The notes under the pieces were generated by a model. The model did no database searches and was not told the origin of the DNA. It saw nothing but the letters and a program-made list of their open reading frames with translations. Positions 40,124 to 50,026 of a DNA stretch of 64,000 nt are shown here, one piece after another. The position numbers and the translations under genes are program-made. The stretch's first letter is position 1, and each line of letters begins with the position of its first letter. The DNA comes from Thermoanaerobaculia bacterium. Lineage in GTDB: Bacteria > Acidobacteriota > Thermoanaerobaculia > UBA2201 > DAOSWS01. The DNA lies in NCBI GenBank assembly GCA_035593605.1, contig DAOSWS010000011.1, positions 28,304 through 92,303 of the forward strand, given 5' to 3'.

Positions 40124-40154
40124 CCCCGGGATTCCCGGGGCATTTTTTCTTTTT
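40124..40154 (+). terminator. Rho-independent terminator after the sigma/anti-sigma/PDZ operon
   Basis: CCCCGGG-ATT-CCCGGGG hairpin followed by CATTTTTTCTTTTT. Confidence 0.75.
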
Positions 40155-40213
40155 CACATGATCTTCCCGACCCGCAGCAGAAACTCATCGCCCCCATACC
40201 TGTAAGCTTTGAC

Positions 40214-40684
40214 TCATGGTGGAACAGGCAATGTCATATACCGAAAACCATTTGGAAAAACCTCAAGATCCACGGATCCGAAACGGTTATAAAAGGAGGG
40301 GATATCAGTCCCGAGGTAGAGTTCCTTTATCTCCAGCCTCGAGGCATAGCGGAGCAATCTTTTCACAAGATCCGTTCCAGTTCCACGCCCACGGTAATCG
40401 GGAAGAACCAGGAGAGCGGCAAGCCAGGGAGTCCAGTCCGGCCTCTGCTCGGCATCATTTTCTACGAGGTTCACGGTTCCAATGGGCGTGCAGCCTTCCA
40501 TGGCCAGAAGAGAGAGGGGTACCCGGTCGGGGGAGCAGGCCTGTCGGAGCCGAAGCTCCATTGTGGCCTCCGTGTGACCGGGTCGTTGAGACCACCATTC
40601 CCTGTGAATCCATCCAGCAACGGCCTTGACATGTTGAGGCTGCTCGAAGAGATGGCAGATTGTAATCGACCCCGAGTTCACCAT
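40214..40684 (-). CDS. GNAT family N-acetyltransferase
   Basis: Motif A: LLVLPDYRGRGTGTDLVKRLLRYA. Confidence 0.75.
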   Translation of the reverse strand: MVNSGSITICHLFEQPQHVKAVAGWIHREWWSQRPGHTEATMELRLRQACSPDRVPLSLLAMEGCTPIGTVNLVENDAEQRPDWTPWLAALLVLPDYRGRGTGTDLVKRLLRYASRLEIKELYLGTDIPSFYNRFGSVDLEVFPNGFRYMTLPVPP

Positions 40685-40788
40685 ATTCCCATTTTACCCT
40701 GCCGACAAAGGGCCTCAAAGGATGATTATGGAGTTCTTCCGGCATCCCGGGGCTATTGTATATTCCATTGACGGGTATAATATTTTTC

Positions 40789-43731
40789 ATGCACATCCTT
40801 CGAGCGGCAGGGCTTATTCTCCTGCTGTTTCCGGCAATACCTCTTCAGGCTCTCGATCCGATGAAATCGATCGACCAGTATGACCACACCATGTGGAATA
40901 CCGAAGATGGTCTGCCTCAGAATTCAGTCACTGCAATTCTCCAGACCCGCCTCGGGTATATCTGGTTCGGAACTCAGGAAGGATTGGTTCGCTTTGATGG
41001 TGTTCGATTTGATATTTTCGACAAATCCAATGTAAAGGCTTTCGCCTCCAACAGCGTAACCTGCCTGGCGGAAGACCGGGAAGGTTCGTTATGGATTGGA
41101 ACGACCGATGGCCTGCTCAGGTATCGTTCGGATTCATTTCAGCACTTTGGTGAAAAAGAGGGCCTTCCAGGAAGAACGGTAAACTGCCTGTGGTCTGAAC
41201 CGGATGGATCCATCCTTGCCGCCACAGATTCCGGCAATCTGTTTCAATTTGGATCGAATCGATTCACACCCGTAATTCAGGGCACTCTCGAACCGAATGA
41301 TTCAATCCGTACGATTTTCAGAGATCGTTCCGGCATCTTGCACATCGGTACGGTTCGCCAGGGAGCGGGACAGATCAATTCCAGAGGAGAACTGATCCAG
41401 GATTCAGAGAAGGAGCTCCGAAACGTCCCGATCCGCTGTATTGCGGAGGCTCAGAACGGAGCCTTATGGTTCGGAACATCCGGACAGGGGCTTGTTTCGA
41501 TTCATAAGGGTAGGATCCGAAAGATTGGAACACGGGACGGGCTATGCGATGAGATCGTATCAACTCTACTTGTCGATCGAGACGAAAATCTCTGGATCGG
41601 CACCTTTGGGGGCCTGAACCGGATTCGACAGGATGGATCAATGGACTCTTTTCAGGTTATGGAGGGAAGTGCCACGAATGTAATCCTGAGCCTCGAGGAA
41701 GATCTCGAGGGGAATCTCTGGGTGGGAACTTCCGCCGGGGGTCTGCATCGGTTTAAAAATGGGACGTTCACCACGCTGACGCAGGCTTCCGGGATGAAAA
41801 ATGACGATGTATTTTCCATCTGCCAGGATGGGAAAGGAGCTATGTGGTTCGGGACTTACGGCGGGGGAGCTTATCGACTGGACCAGAATATCCTGACTTC
41901 TGTCTCAACAATAAATGGACTATCCAGCGATGTTGTCCTTTCCGTTCAGGCTTCCCGTAATGGAAGCATATGGATCGGCACGGCGGAAGGTCTGAACCGG
42001 CTGGACAATCACGGTATTCGTACCTACACGGTACGGGATGGACTGAAAAGCAATACGATCACAGCCATTTATGAAGACCATGAGGGAGAGCTCTGGATTG
42101 GGACAGACGGTGGAGGGTTGAGTCATCTGACCGGAGACCGTTTCACAACCTGGTCCCTGGAGGATGGACTGAGCCATCCGATTGTCACAACGGTTCTTAA
42201 GGACCGGGAAGGAACAGTATGGGTTGGAACGGATGGGGGGGGTCTCAATTATCTTCAGGACGGGAAAATTCATCATGACAATCGGGATGGACTTGCAGAG
42301 GGAATGATCATGGTTCTGTACCAGGATGGGGAAGGTGATATCTGGATCGGGACCTTTGGAGATGGACTCTATCGTATTTCTGGAAGCGAGGTTCAACACT
42401 GGACGATGAGGGAAGGCCTTTTCAATGACGCAATCTTTGAAATTCTTGAAGATGATTCATCCCATCTATGGATGAGTACAAATAAGGGTGTCTTTTCCGT
42501 CACAAAATCCCAGCTGGACGACGTGGCCCGTGGGAGGTTGGACCGTGTCGGGTGTAAAACCTACGGAACCCGGGATGGGATGAAGAGTAACGAATGTAAC
42601 GGCGGTGTTCAGCCCGCCGGCTGCAGATCAAAAGATGGGAGGCTCTGGTTTCCGACGCTGAAGGGAGCTGTGGTCGTGGACCCTGAGCATACGGTCACCA
42701 ATACCATTCCTCCCCCTGTCGTCATCCAGAAGGTCCAATCGGGAGACAGGGTTTACTCAGGGCGGACACCAATCGTACTGGAGCCCGGGTATGACAAATG
42801 TGAATTCCACTATACCGGCCTGTCTTTTTTCGACCCTGACCGCGTATTGTTTCGATACATGCTCTCAGGCTATGACCATTCCTGGGTCGAAGCCGGGAAA
42901 AGGAGGACGGCATTTTATACGGGGCTGAAGCCGGGGCGCTATACCTTTCGGGTCATTGCATGCAACAGTGACGGAATATGGAATGAAGAGGGCGCCACGG
43001 TATCCCTGACCCTGCTGCCCTTTTTCACACAAACCGTCTGGTTTTACCTTCTTCTTTCTCTTATTATCGGGTTGGGAGTCCTGGGGCTGTATCGTATTCG
43101 CGTCAACCACCTGCGCCGCAGGGAGAGAGAACTCGAACGCCTGGTGGATGACCGGACCCGAGATCTCCTGAGCGTGACCCGTGAACTGGAATCAGCTAAC
43201 AAAGAACTCCAGCGCCTCTCCTCTCAGGATGGTCTCACGGGAATTCCCAACCGGCGTCTCTTCGAGGAGACCCTTGATGGGGAGTGGCGGCGCTCTCTTC
43301 GAACGGAAACTCCCCTGTCCATCATCATGATTGATATCGATCATTTCAAGGCTTATAACGACAGTATGGGACATATCAAGGGAGATGAATGCCTCAAAAT
43401 CGTCGCGGATACGTTATCGGGATGTTTACGACGTCCCGGGGACCTTCTGGCACGATTCGGCGGAGAAGAGTTTGTCGCGGTGCTCTTCAACAGCGACGAA
43501 CAGGGTGCGCTTTACACTGCGGAAACCATGAGGAATGCCGTACGAAAACAGGCACTTCCTCACCCATCCTCTCCAATCGATACCGTCGTGACCATCAGTC
43601 TTGGTACTGCAACCTTTCGTCCTTCGCCCTCCACTTCCGCAACAGCTCTGCTGTCTGCTGCGGATGATGCCCTGTACGAGGCCAAGCGAGCCGGGAGGAA
43701 TACCGTTTGCCAGAGTGTCCTGAATGGCTGA
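40789..43731 (+). CDS. Periplasmic beta-propeller (Reg_prop repeats) plus Y_Y_Y sensor, TM, and GGDEF diguanylate cyclase
   Basis: Signal peptide, then many ~45-aa repeats (LWIGT..GL.R...). One TM (LLLSLIIGLGVLGLY), then a coiled-coil and a GGDEF domain (RFGGEEF). The ATG at 40789 is preceded by a TATAAT-like box. The ORF-track start at 40756 is a TTG. Confidence 0.85.
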   Translation: MHILRAAGLILLLFPAIPLQALDPMKSIDQYDHTMWNTEDGLPQNSVTAILQTRLGYIWFGTQEGLVRFDGVRFDIFDKSNVKAFASNSVTCLAEDREGSLWIGTTDGLLRYRSDSFQHFGEKEGLPGRTVNCLWSEPDGSILAATDSGNLFQFGSNRFTPVIQGTLEPNDSIRTIFRDRSGILHIGTVRQGAGQINSRGELIQDSEKELRNVPIRCIAEAQNGALWFGTSGQGLVSIHKGRIRKIGTRDGLCDEIVSTLLVDRDENLWIGTFGGLNRIRQDGSMDSFQVMEGSATNVILSLEEDLEGNLWVGTSAGGLHRFKNGTFTTLTQASGMKNDDVFSICQDGKGAMWFGTYGGGAYRLDQNILTSVSTINGLSSDVVLSVQASRNGSIWIGTAEGLNRLDNHGIRTYTVRDGLKSNTITAIYEDHEGELWIGTDGGGLSHLTGDRFTTWSLEDGLSHPIVTTVLKDREGTVWVGTDGGGLNYLQDGKIHHDNRDGLAEGMIMVLYQDGEGDIWIGTFGDGLYRISGSEVQHWTMREGLFNDAIFEILEDDSSHLWMSTNKGVFSVTKSQLDDVARGRLDRVGCKTYGTRDGMKSNECNGGVQPAGCRSKDGRLWFPTLKGAVVVDPEHTVTNTIPPPVVIQKVQSGDRVYSGRTPIVLEPGYDKCEFHYTGLSFFDPDRVLFRYMLSGYDHSWVEAGKRRTAFYTGLKPGRYTFRVIACNSDGIWNEEGATVSLTLLPFFTQTVWFYLLLSLIIGLGVLGLYRIRVNHLRRRERELERLVDDRTRDLLSVTRELESANKELQRLSSQDGLTGIPNRRLFEETLDGEWRRSLRTETPLSIIMIDIDHFKAYNDSMGHIKGDECLKIVADTLSGCLRRPGDLLARFGGEEFVAVLFNSDEQGALYTAETMRNAVRKQALPHPSSPIDTVVTISLGTATFRPSPSTSATALLSAADDALYEAKRAGRNTVCQSVLNG

Positions 43732-43781
43732 AATGAAAGACTTTTCTTTACCATGCATGGGATTTGGTGTATAGTGAGTCA

Positions 43782-44963
43782 ATGATTTCTTTGATTCTGT
43801 GGGCCCTTCTTTTTTTCCCAACACTGGATGCCCAGCAGGTGCAAAGCCGAATAACGGAAATCAGGGGCCTGCCCTTTAAGCACTCCGTAACCGTAAAATC
43901 CATGGATCGGGAGGCTCTCGATCCATTCATTCAGCGGGCCCTGAAGGACACATACGGAGATCATGTCGAGGGACTGGAACGCTGGCTGAAGGCCCTCAGG
44001 CTCATTCCAGAGAACACGGACATGGTTGCCGATCTTCTCAATCTATACAAATCGCAGGTCGCGGCATTCTACGATCCCAAAGATCAGGTCTATTACGTAA
44101 TTCGGGGCGTCGGAGACGAAGGCATGGTAGCCGACATGGTTGCCCTCCACGAATTCACTCATGCACTCCAGGATCAGTATATGAACCTGGACTCCCGGAT
44201 GACCCGTCTCATGGGGAACCATGATGCCCAGATGGCCCTTCAATCGGTCCTGGAAGGAGAAGCCACCATACTCATGATGGCTGACCAGTTTGGAAAGCTT
44301 GGAGGGGGCGATCTTCGAGCTTTCTCTGATTCTCTGGACCTCTTCGCCCCGACCATGACGGATATCATGGGAGATTTCCCACCCTATCTGATTCACGAAA
44401 TGGTCTTTCCCTATCTCCAGGGAGCGCGGTTTGTCATCGAAAAAACCGATGGAGGAAAGAATTTCAAGGCCCTGGATCAGTGGTATGCCTCACCTCCCTG
44501 TTCGACAGAAGCCATTCTTCATCCGAACCAGAAGACATCTTTCCCGGCTGATTTCAGCAGGATGATCAACAAAACTGCTCCCGGGAGTTGGGATCTCACA
44601 TTCGGTGACACATTGGGAGAATCCACCTGGAGTTATATCTTTCATACAACCGGCGATAAAGAAAGGGCGGAACGGGCAGCCGCAGGATGGGATGGAGATC
44701 GTGTTGGACTCTTCACGCGAGGGAAAAATGAAGTCACGGTCTGGCTTTCCCGATGGGATTCCAGATCGGACAGGGAAGAAGCGGAATCCGCATTGAAGGA
44801 TTACCTGAAAATGTCAGAATTACCCTTTGAAATCCTTTCCGGAGAAAACGTTTTCGTAGCAGTGACCGGTGAACCAGGGGATCGAAGGGGATTCATAAAA
44901 AAAATCACCAGACGACTCAAGCAGATGGAGGAGGTACATGGGTATGACTGCGCAAGCGAATGA
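43782..44963 (+). CDS. Secreted putative zinc metallopeptidase (HExxH...E gluzincin-like), family unknown
   Basis: Signal peptide MISLILWALLFFPTLDA. Motif ALHEFTHALQ, with a downstream LEGEA motif. It overlaps the next gene by 26 nt. Confidence 0.5.
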   Translation: MISLILWALLFFPTLDAQQVQSRITEIRGLPFKHSVTVKSMDREALDPFIQRALKDTYGDHVEGLERWLKALRLIPENTDMVADLLNLYKSQVAAFYDPKDQVYYVIRGVGDEGMVADMVALHEFTHALQDQYMNLDSRMTRLMGNHDAQMALQSVLEGEATILMMADQFGKLGGGDLRAFSDSLDLFAPTMTDIMGDFPPYLIHEMVFPYLQGARFVIEKTDGGKNFKALDQWYASPPCSTEAILHPNQKTSFPADFSRMINKTAPGSWDLTFGDTLGESTWSYIFHTTGDKERAERAAAGWDGDRVGLFTRGKNEVTVWLSRWDSRSDREEAESALKDYLKMSELPFEILSGENVFVAVTGEPGDRRGFIKKITRRLKQMEEVHGYDCASE

Positions 44964-47226
44964 AGTCCAATCACTTCTTCAATTCAAAGAAAGTCTCACA
45001 GAAATCATTAACCAGATCCATGGAGCCCAGAATATAAAAGAAATCATCGTGGATCTGAAGACCCGGATTCTGGACCTCCTGGGCGCCGAGCGGATTACCA
45101 TATACGCCATCGACACAAAGAACCAGCAGTTGTACAGCCTTTACAAAGAAGGTGAAGAACTGAAAGAGATTCGGGTACCCCGTAACTTTGCATCGATTGT
45201 GGGATTCTGTGCTCTTTCAAGACAGACCGTTCGTCTTAAAAATGCCTATGATCCTGAAGAATTAAAGGCCCTTCACCCCAAGCTGGACTTTGACTCTTCC
45301 TGGGATAAAAAATCGGGGTTTACAACCGCCCAGGTCCTGGCGGCACCGATTCTTTACGATAAGTACATCATGGGAGTTCTTCAGCTCCTGAATAAAAAGG
45401 GAGGCGGAGAATTTACCAATGCGGATCAGGCGGCGGCACAGGAGATTGCGAAAACCCTGGGAATCGCCTTTTACAACCAGAGACGGATAACCCGGGCTCA
45501 GCAGCCCAACAAGTATGGATACCTGATCGACAAGGGGCTGATTTCGGAGAAGAACCTTGAAGATGCCGTCAGCTATGCTCGAATGAATAACCAGGAAATC
45601 AGCCATGTCCTGGTGGAAAAGTACCGGATCGCAAAAGAGGAAGTCCTGAAAAGCCTGGGGCAATTTTTCAATTCCGGCCACTTTGTTTTCGACGGAACCC
45701 AGATGATGCCTGAAGAATTTCGCCAGAGACTCAACCCCGAATATCTGAAAAAAGTCCTTGTCGCGCCGCTGTCCAAAAAAGGCGGAACGGTTCAGGTCGC
45801 CATGGAGGACCCCACAGATCTGGCCAAAATTGACATTGTCCGAATGATGCAGCTGGCCCCCCGGCATGAATGTCTTGTTGCCATACCCAGGGATATCCAG
45901 GATTACATCAACACCTCCTATGGGATCGAGGAAACCGAGGTAAAATCCGATCTGGCTGAAATTCTGGGTGAACTGGAAGCCGAAACCGAAGAGGTGGTGG
46001 ATGAGGATGCTCTGGGTGTCGACGAAGCCGACAACGCCATCGTTCGACTGGCCAACCAGATCATCAAGGATGCGTATCAGCAGGGCGCCTCGGACATCCA
46101 CGTGGAGCCCTATGGGAAGAAGATGCCCACAAGGATTCGTTTTCGAATTGACGGCGTCTGCCATGTGTACCAGGAAATTCCAGCCACACATCGCAATGCC
46201 GTGATATCAAGGCTTAAGATCATGTCCAATCTTGATATTTCTGAACGTCGAAAACCTCAGGACGGGAAAATCAGATTCCGCATGAAAACGGGTACGATCG
46301 AGCTTCGTGTGGCCACCATTCCCACTACCGGCAGTGAAGAAGACATCGTCATGAGAATCCTGGCGGCATCCAAACCGATCCCTCTGGAGAAAATGGGATT
46401 TTCCGAACGAAATCTCTCCGCCTTTTACGAAGTTGTTTCAAAACCCTATGGAATCGTTCTATGTGTAGGTCCTACCGGATCGGGAAAGACAACAACCCTG
46501 CACTCGGCCCTGGGATACATTAACACCCCGGAACGAAAAATCTGGACAGCGGAAGACCCCGTGGAAATTACGCAGCCCGGGCTGCGTCAGGTTCAGGTTC
46601 ATCCGAAGATCGGATTTACTTTCGCTGCTGCGATGCGCTCGTTTCTCCGTGCCGACCCGGATGTGATCATGGTCGGTGAAATGCGTGACCAGGAAACGGC
46701 CCACATCGGCGTGGAAGCATCCCTGACCGGTCACCTTGTCCTTTCCACACTTCACACCAACTCCGCACCGGAAACAATTACCCGTCTGCTGGATATGGAT
46801 ATCGATCCATTCAACTTTGCCGATTCTCTTCTGGGCATTCTTGCCCAGCGTCTGATCCGGACCCTCTGCAAGAGCTGTAAAGAGTCCTACAATCCTTCCA
46901 GGGAAGAATTTGAGTCCATGGCTGCCTCCTTTGGACGAGAGGCTCTGGCAGCCAGACAGATCGAATGGAGCCCCGACATGACACTTTATAAACCGGTCGG
47001 TTGTCCCGAGTGTGCGGGAACGGGATATCGCGGACGAATGGGACTCCACGAGCTTCTTGTGGGAACCGACGAGGTCAAGCGCTTGATCCAGCAAAAATCG
47101 GTCGTGGAAGAAATCCGAAACCAGGCGATCAGTGACGGTATGACCACGCTGATGCAGGACGGGATCATCAAAGTTCTCCAGGGAAGTACGGACATGAAGC
47201 AGGTCCGGGCGGTATGTATCCGGTAG
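44938..47226 (+). CDS. GspE/PilB-family secretion ATPase with N-terminal GAF domain and T2SSE_N (MshE-like) domain
   Basis: GAF-like first ~200 aa. T2SSE_N-like region (ISEKNLEDAVSYARMNNQEISHVLVEKYRI). Walker A GPTGSGKTT, Asp/His boxes, and tetracysteine CKSC...CPEC. Confidence 0.85.
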   Translation: MGMTAQANEVQSLLQFKESLTEIINQIHGAQNIKEIIVDLKTRILDLLGAERITIYAIDTKNQQLYSLYKEGEELKEIRVPRNFASIVGFCALSRQTVRLKNAYDPEELKALHPKLDFDSSWDKKSGFTTAQVLAAPILYDKYIMGVLQLLNKKGGGEFTNADQAAAQEIAKTLGIAFYNQRRITRAQQPNKYGYLIDKGLISEKNLEDAVSYARMNNQEISHVLVEKYRIAKEEVLKSLGQFFNSGHFVFDGTQMMPEEFRQRLNPEYLKKVLVAPLSKKGGTVQVAMEDPTDLAKIDIVRMMQLAPRHECLVAIPRDIQDYINTSYGIEETEVKSDLAEILGELEAETEEVVDEDALGVDEADNAIVRLANQIIKDAYQQGASDIHVEPYGKKMPTRIRFRIDGVCHVYQEIPATHRNAVISRLKIMSNLDISERRKPQDGKIRFRMKTGTIELRVATIPTTGSEEDIVMRILAASKPIPLEKMGFSERNLSAFYEVVSKPYGIVLCVGPTGSGKTTTLHSALGYINTPERKIWTAEDPVEITQPGLRQVQVHPKIGFTFAAAMRSFLRADPDVIMVGEMRDQETAHIGVEASLTGHLVLSTLHTNSAPETITRLLDMDIDPFNFADSLLGILAQRLIRTLCKSCKESYNPSREEFESMAASFGREALAARQIEWSPDMTLYKPVGCPECAGTGYRGRMGLHELLVGTDEVKRLIQQKSVVEEIRNQAISDGMTTLMQDGIIKVLQGSTDMKQVRAVCIR

Positions 47227-47990
47227 CCTGTATCCAGTTTCAACCCGCCTGGAAGGATCTTCAGGTAAACCTTGAAGCAATTTTGCAGTGGACGGACCGT
47301 GCGGGAGAGGTACGTGCCGTCTTTTTTCCCGAACTTGCCACGACCGGATACCTTTTTCAGAGCCGCGAAGAAGCGCTTCTCCTCTCCCTTACACCGGATG
47401 ATCCGAGGCTGGACCCCCTGCGTCGAACGGCAGAACGATCCGGAAAGATGATCACCTTCGGAACCCCGATCCGGGAAGGAGATCATCTCTATAACAGCGC
47501 CCTGATCCTCCACCCCGACGGGAGCGTGCGTTCCTACCACAAAGTTCACCTCTTTGATCGTGAAAAAAACGTTTTCGATCCGGGCCCGGATGCTCCTGGA
47601 CTAATTGAACTGGACGACCTGAAGGTGGGGGTTCTCATCTGCTTCGATTGGGCTTTTCCGGAGATCTGGCGTTCTCTGGCGATGCAGGGAGCCGATCTGG
47701 TTGTGTGTCCATCCAACCTCGTCCTTCCTGGAAAGGGTCAGAAGGGTGTCATCGGGCACGCTCTTTATAACCGGATCTATGTCGTCCTGCCCAACCGATA
47801 TGGCGTGGAAGACGATCTTCGTTTTACGGGAGGATCCCTGATTGTGGGTCCGGATGGAGAAATTTTATGCGAGGCACCGGGCGTCGGAGATCGAATTCTT
47901 CGGTCCTGGATTGATCCGGCTCTTGCCCGAAACAAGCAGGTGACTTCCCGCAATCATCTCTTTAAGGACCGAAGACCCGGGTTTTATTAA
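47214..47990 (+). CDS. Carbon-nitrogen hydrolase family protein (nitrilase/amidase superfamily)
   Basis: Catalytic triad context FPELATTGY (Glu), an HKVHLF (Lys) region and ICFDWAFPE (Cys). It overlaps the upstream gene by 13 nt. Confidence 0.8.
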   Translation: MYPVACIQFQPAWKDLQVNLEAILQWTDRAGEVRAVFFPELATTGYLFQSREEALLLSLTPDDPRLDPLRRTAERSGKMITFGTPIREGDHLYNSALILHPDGSVRSYHKVHLFDREKNVFDPGPDAPGLIELDDLKVGVLICFDWAFPEIWRSLAMQGADLVVCPSNLVLPGKGQKGVIGHALYNRIYVVLPNRYGVEDDLRFTGGSLIVGPDGEILCEAPGVGDRILRSWIDPALARNKQVTSRNHLFKDRRPGFY

Positions 47991-49084
47991 TGCAGTGTGT
48001 CCAGTGCGGAGCCAACCTGGAACAGCAGGACCTGGTTTCAACACAGACCTTTCCCGGAACGGACGCGGGCCGGTGCCGACATTGCGGAACGATCAATCTC
48101 ATCACACAGGATGGCCCCCGATATGTGCTGATCTGTGATGTCTGCGCAGCTCCCTTTGCTTCTCCAACGGGACTGGGGCCGGGAGAAGAGATTTGTCCGG
48201 ACTGCAGGGTACAAAAGCGAAGGGCCCCGGCCTTCCTGATTCCCCTCCTGGACAAGCTCTCCCGTGCCAGGGAAATCACACTGGGTAACGAAGCGGCCCG
48301 GAATATCCTGAAAAACAAAACCGTAATTCCTCAGGGTCCGACTGTCGTATGGTTAAATCGCGTTGTTTCCCTTCTCGGCAGTGAATCCCCAAGACCTGAC
48401 CTTCCCTATTCCTGCATTCTCGTTCAGGATCCGGAACCCAATGCACTCTCCATTCCGGGCGGTATCATTCTTGTAAATACGGGGCTTTTCGACTTCGTTG
48501 AGCGGGAGGGAGAGATCGTCTTTGTCCTGGCCCATGAGGTGAGCCATATCTGCATGCGCCACGGGCTCCTGAACCTGGAGCACAGGGAAAAGATGGCTCC
48601 CATCCGTTTTCTGGCTAACCTTGCCGTTCTTCTGATAACGGGCGGTGCAGCCTGGTTTCTGATCCCCTTTGTCAATGTTCTCCTGGATGCAGAGAAAATG
48701 GGCTATGGAAGACAGCATGAGACGGAGGCCGACAAGATGGGGATGAGGCTCATGCTGGATGTGGGATATGATCCCACCCACGCGGCAATCTTTTTTGACC
48801 GCCTCGCGGCTCTACAGCCTTCATCTCAATATATGGCGTTTCTGGCCTCCCACCCCTCTCCCCTCGACCGTAGGAACGCGGTGCGTTCCTTTCTGCATGA
48901 ACACCCCGTCGATCCTTCCCTGCTTCGCGGTAATGAAGTCGTCGGAAGAACGAAAAAAATTGCTTCACCGACCACGCAAAGGGGGAGATCCCCCATACCG
49001 GTCCAAAAGCCGTGCGGTTGTTGTTCCTGCTGCGGTTGCTCGGGCTTTCTCCTGGCTCTTCTCAGCCTTCTCTTGAGCTGCTGA
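47990..49084 (+). CDS. M48 family zinc metallopeptidase with N-terminal zinc ribbon and C-terminal poly-Cys hydrophobic tail
   Basis: N-terminal CVQCG...CRHCG...CPDC. HEVSHICMRH (HExxH) with downstream ETEADKMG. The C-terminus is KPCGCCSCCGCSGFLLALLSLLLSC. Its start overlaps the upstream stop as TAATG. Confidence 0.8.
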   Translation: MQCVQCGANLEQQDLVSTQTFPGTDAGRCRHCGTINLITQDGPRYVLICDVCAAPFASPTGLGPGEEICPDCRVQKRRAPAFLIPLLDKLSRAREITLGNEAARNILKNKTVIPQGPTVVWLNRVVSLLGSESPRPDLPYSCILVQDPEPNALSIPGGIILVNTGLFDFVEREGEIVFVLAHEVSHICMRHGLLNLEHREKMAPIRFLANLAVLLITGGAAWFLIPFVNVLLDAEKMGYGRQHETEADKMGMRLMLDVGYDPTHAAIFFDRLAALQPSSQYMAFLASHPSPLDRRNAVRSFLHEHPVDPSLLRGNEVVGRTKKIASPTTQRGRSPIPVQKPCGCCSCCGCSGFLLALLSLLLSC

Positions 49085-49099
49085 TCCTTTCTGTGCAGG

Positions 49100-49879
49100 T
49101 CAACGCGCACAGGTCTGAGCTCTGCCTCCATCGATGGAAATCGTCTCACCCGTGATCCACCCCGCATTTCTGGATGCCAAAAACAGGATCAGCTCCGCGA
49201 CCTCTTCCGGGCTTCCAACCCGGCCCAATGGATGGGTATCTCTGGATCGTTCCAGAAATGCCTTATACGTCGGCTCGTCCATTCCCCCTGCTCGATGGAG
49301 GTTGGTGACTACCACTCCGGGATTGACAGCGTTGACTCGCACTCCATGAGGAGCCAGCTCCAGTGCGGCACACCGGGTCAGCTGGTCGACGGCGGCCTTC
49401 GAAACACAGTAGGCCAGGACTCCGGGAAAGGATCTCAGGCCTGTGACACTTGAAACGTTGACGACGGACCCTGATGATTGTTGCAGGAGTGGAAGGGCTA
49501 ACTGCATAATGTGAAAAACCGATGTGGTATTGATTTCAAACATTTCAGAAAAAACGCCAATGGAAGTCGATTCCAGGGTACCGCTCCCAATAATGCCTGC
49601 GGCATTAACGACACTATCCAGCCGGTGAAATCGGTATTCACATTCCCCGACCAACTGTTGGCGAAAGGAGGCTTCCTTCAGATCCCCCGCGAGGGCGATT
49701 ACCTCGCGTTTCATTGCTCGAATCCTCGCTTCCGTATCCGAAAGGCGCCCCCGATTCCGTCCCGAAATCACGAGGTCAGCTCCTCTATGGGCGAAGGCGA
49801 TGGCTGTCGCCTTCCCAATGCCGGAGGATGCCCCTGTAACCAGGGCCACCATTCCCTGAAAAGAATTATGTTCGTCCAT
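49100..49879 (-). CDS. Short-chain dehydrogenase/reductase (FabG-like)
   Basis: TGASSGIGKA cofactor motif and the catalytic YCVSK. Confidence 0.85.
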   Translation of the reverse strand: MDEHNSFQGMVALVTGASSGIGKATAIAFAHRGADLVISGRNRGRLSDTEARIRAMKREVIALAGDLKEASFRQQLVGECEYRFHRLDSVVNAAGIIGSGTLESTSIGVFSEMFEINTTSVFHIMQLALPLLQQSSGSVVNVSSVTGLRSFPGVLAYCVSKAAVDQLTRCAALELAPHGVRVNAVNPGVVVTNLHRAGGMDEPTYKAFLERSRDTHPLGRVGSPEEVAELILFLASRNAGWITGETISIDGGRAQTCAR

Positions 49880-50026
49880 GTTTTCATTATAGCGCAGGAA
49901 GTTTGACGGAATGGTGCGATTCTGGGAAAATGGACTGCGAAGCCCTACGAGTCAACGACGCGATAAAAGGATTGAAATGGGACAGAACCGGACTGACCGA
50001 CCAGCGGATCGAAGCCAGGGACATTT

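Noticed and set aside
40756-40788. ORF-track starts that are TTG/GTG rendered as M (also at 42, 11472, 19188, 30500, 43764, 58978)
   Set aside because: Downstream ATGs with Shine-Dalgarno spacing and signal-peptide or Tat logic fit better, so the alternative-codon starts were not used.
45262-47549. ORFs of 309, 273 and 187 aa on the - strand
   Set aside because: They are antisense to the GspE-family ATPase gene, whose Walker motifs confirm the + strand as the coding strand.
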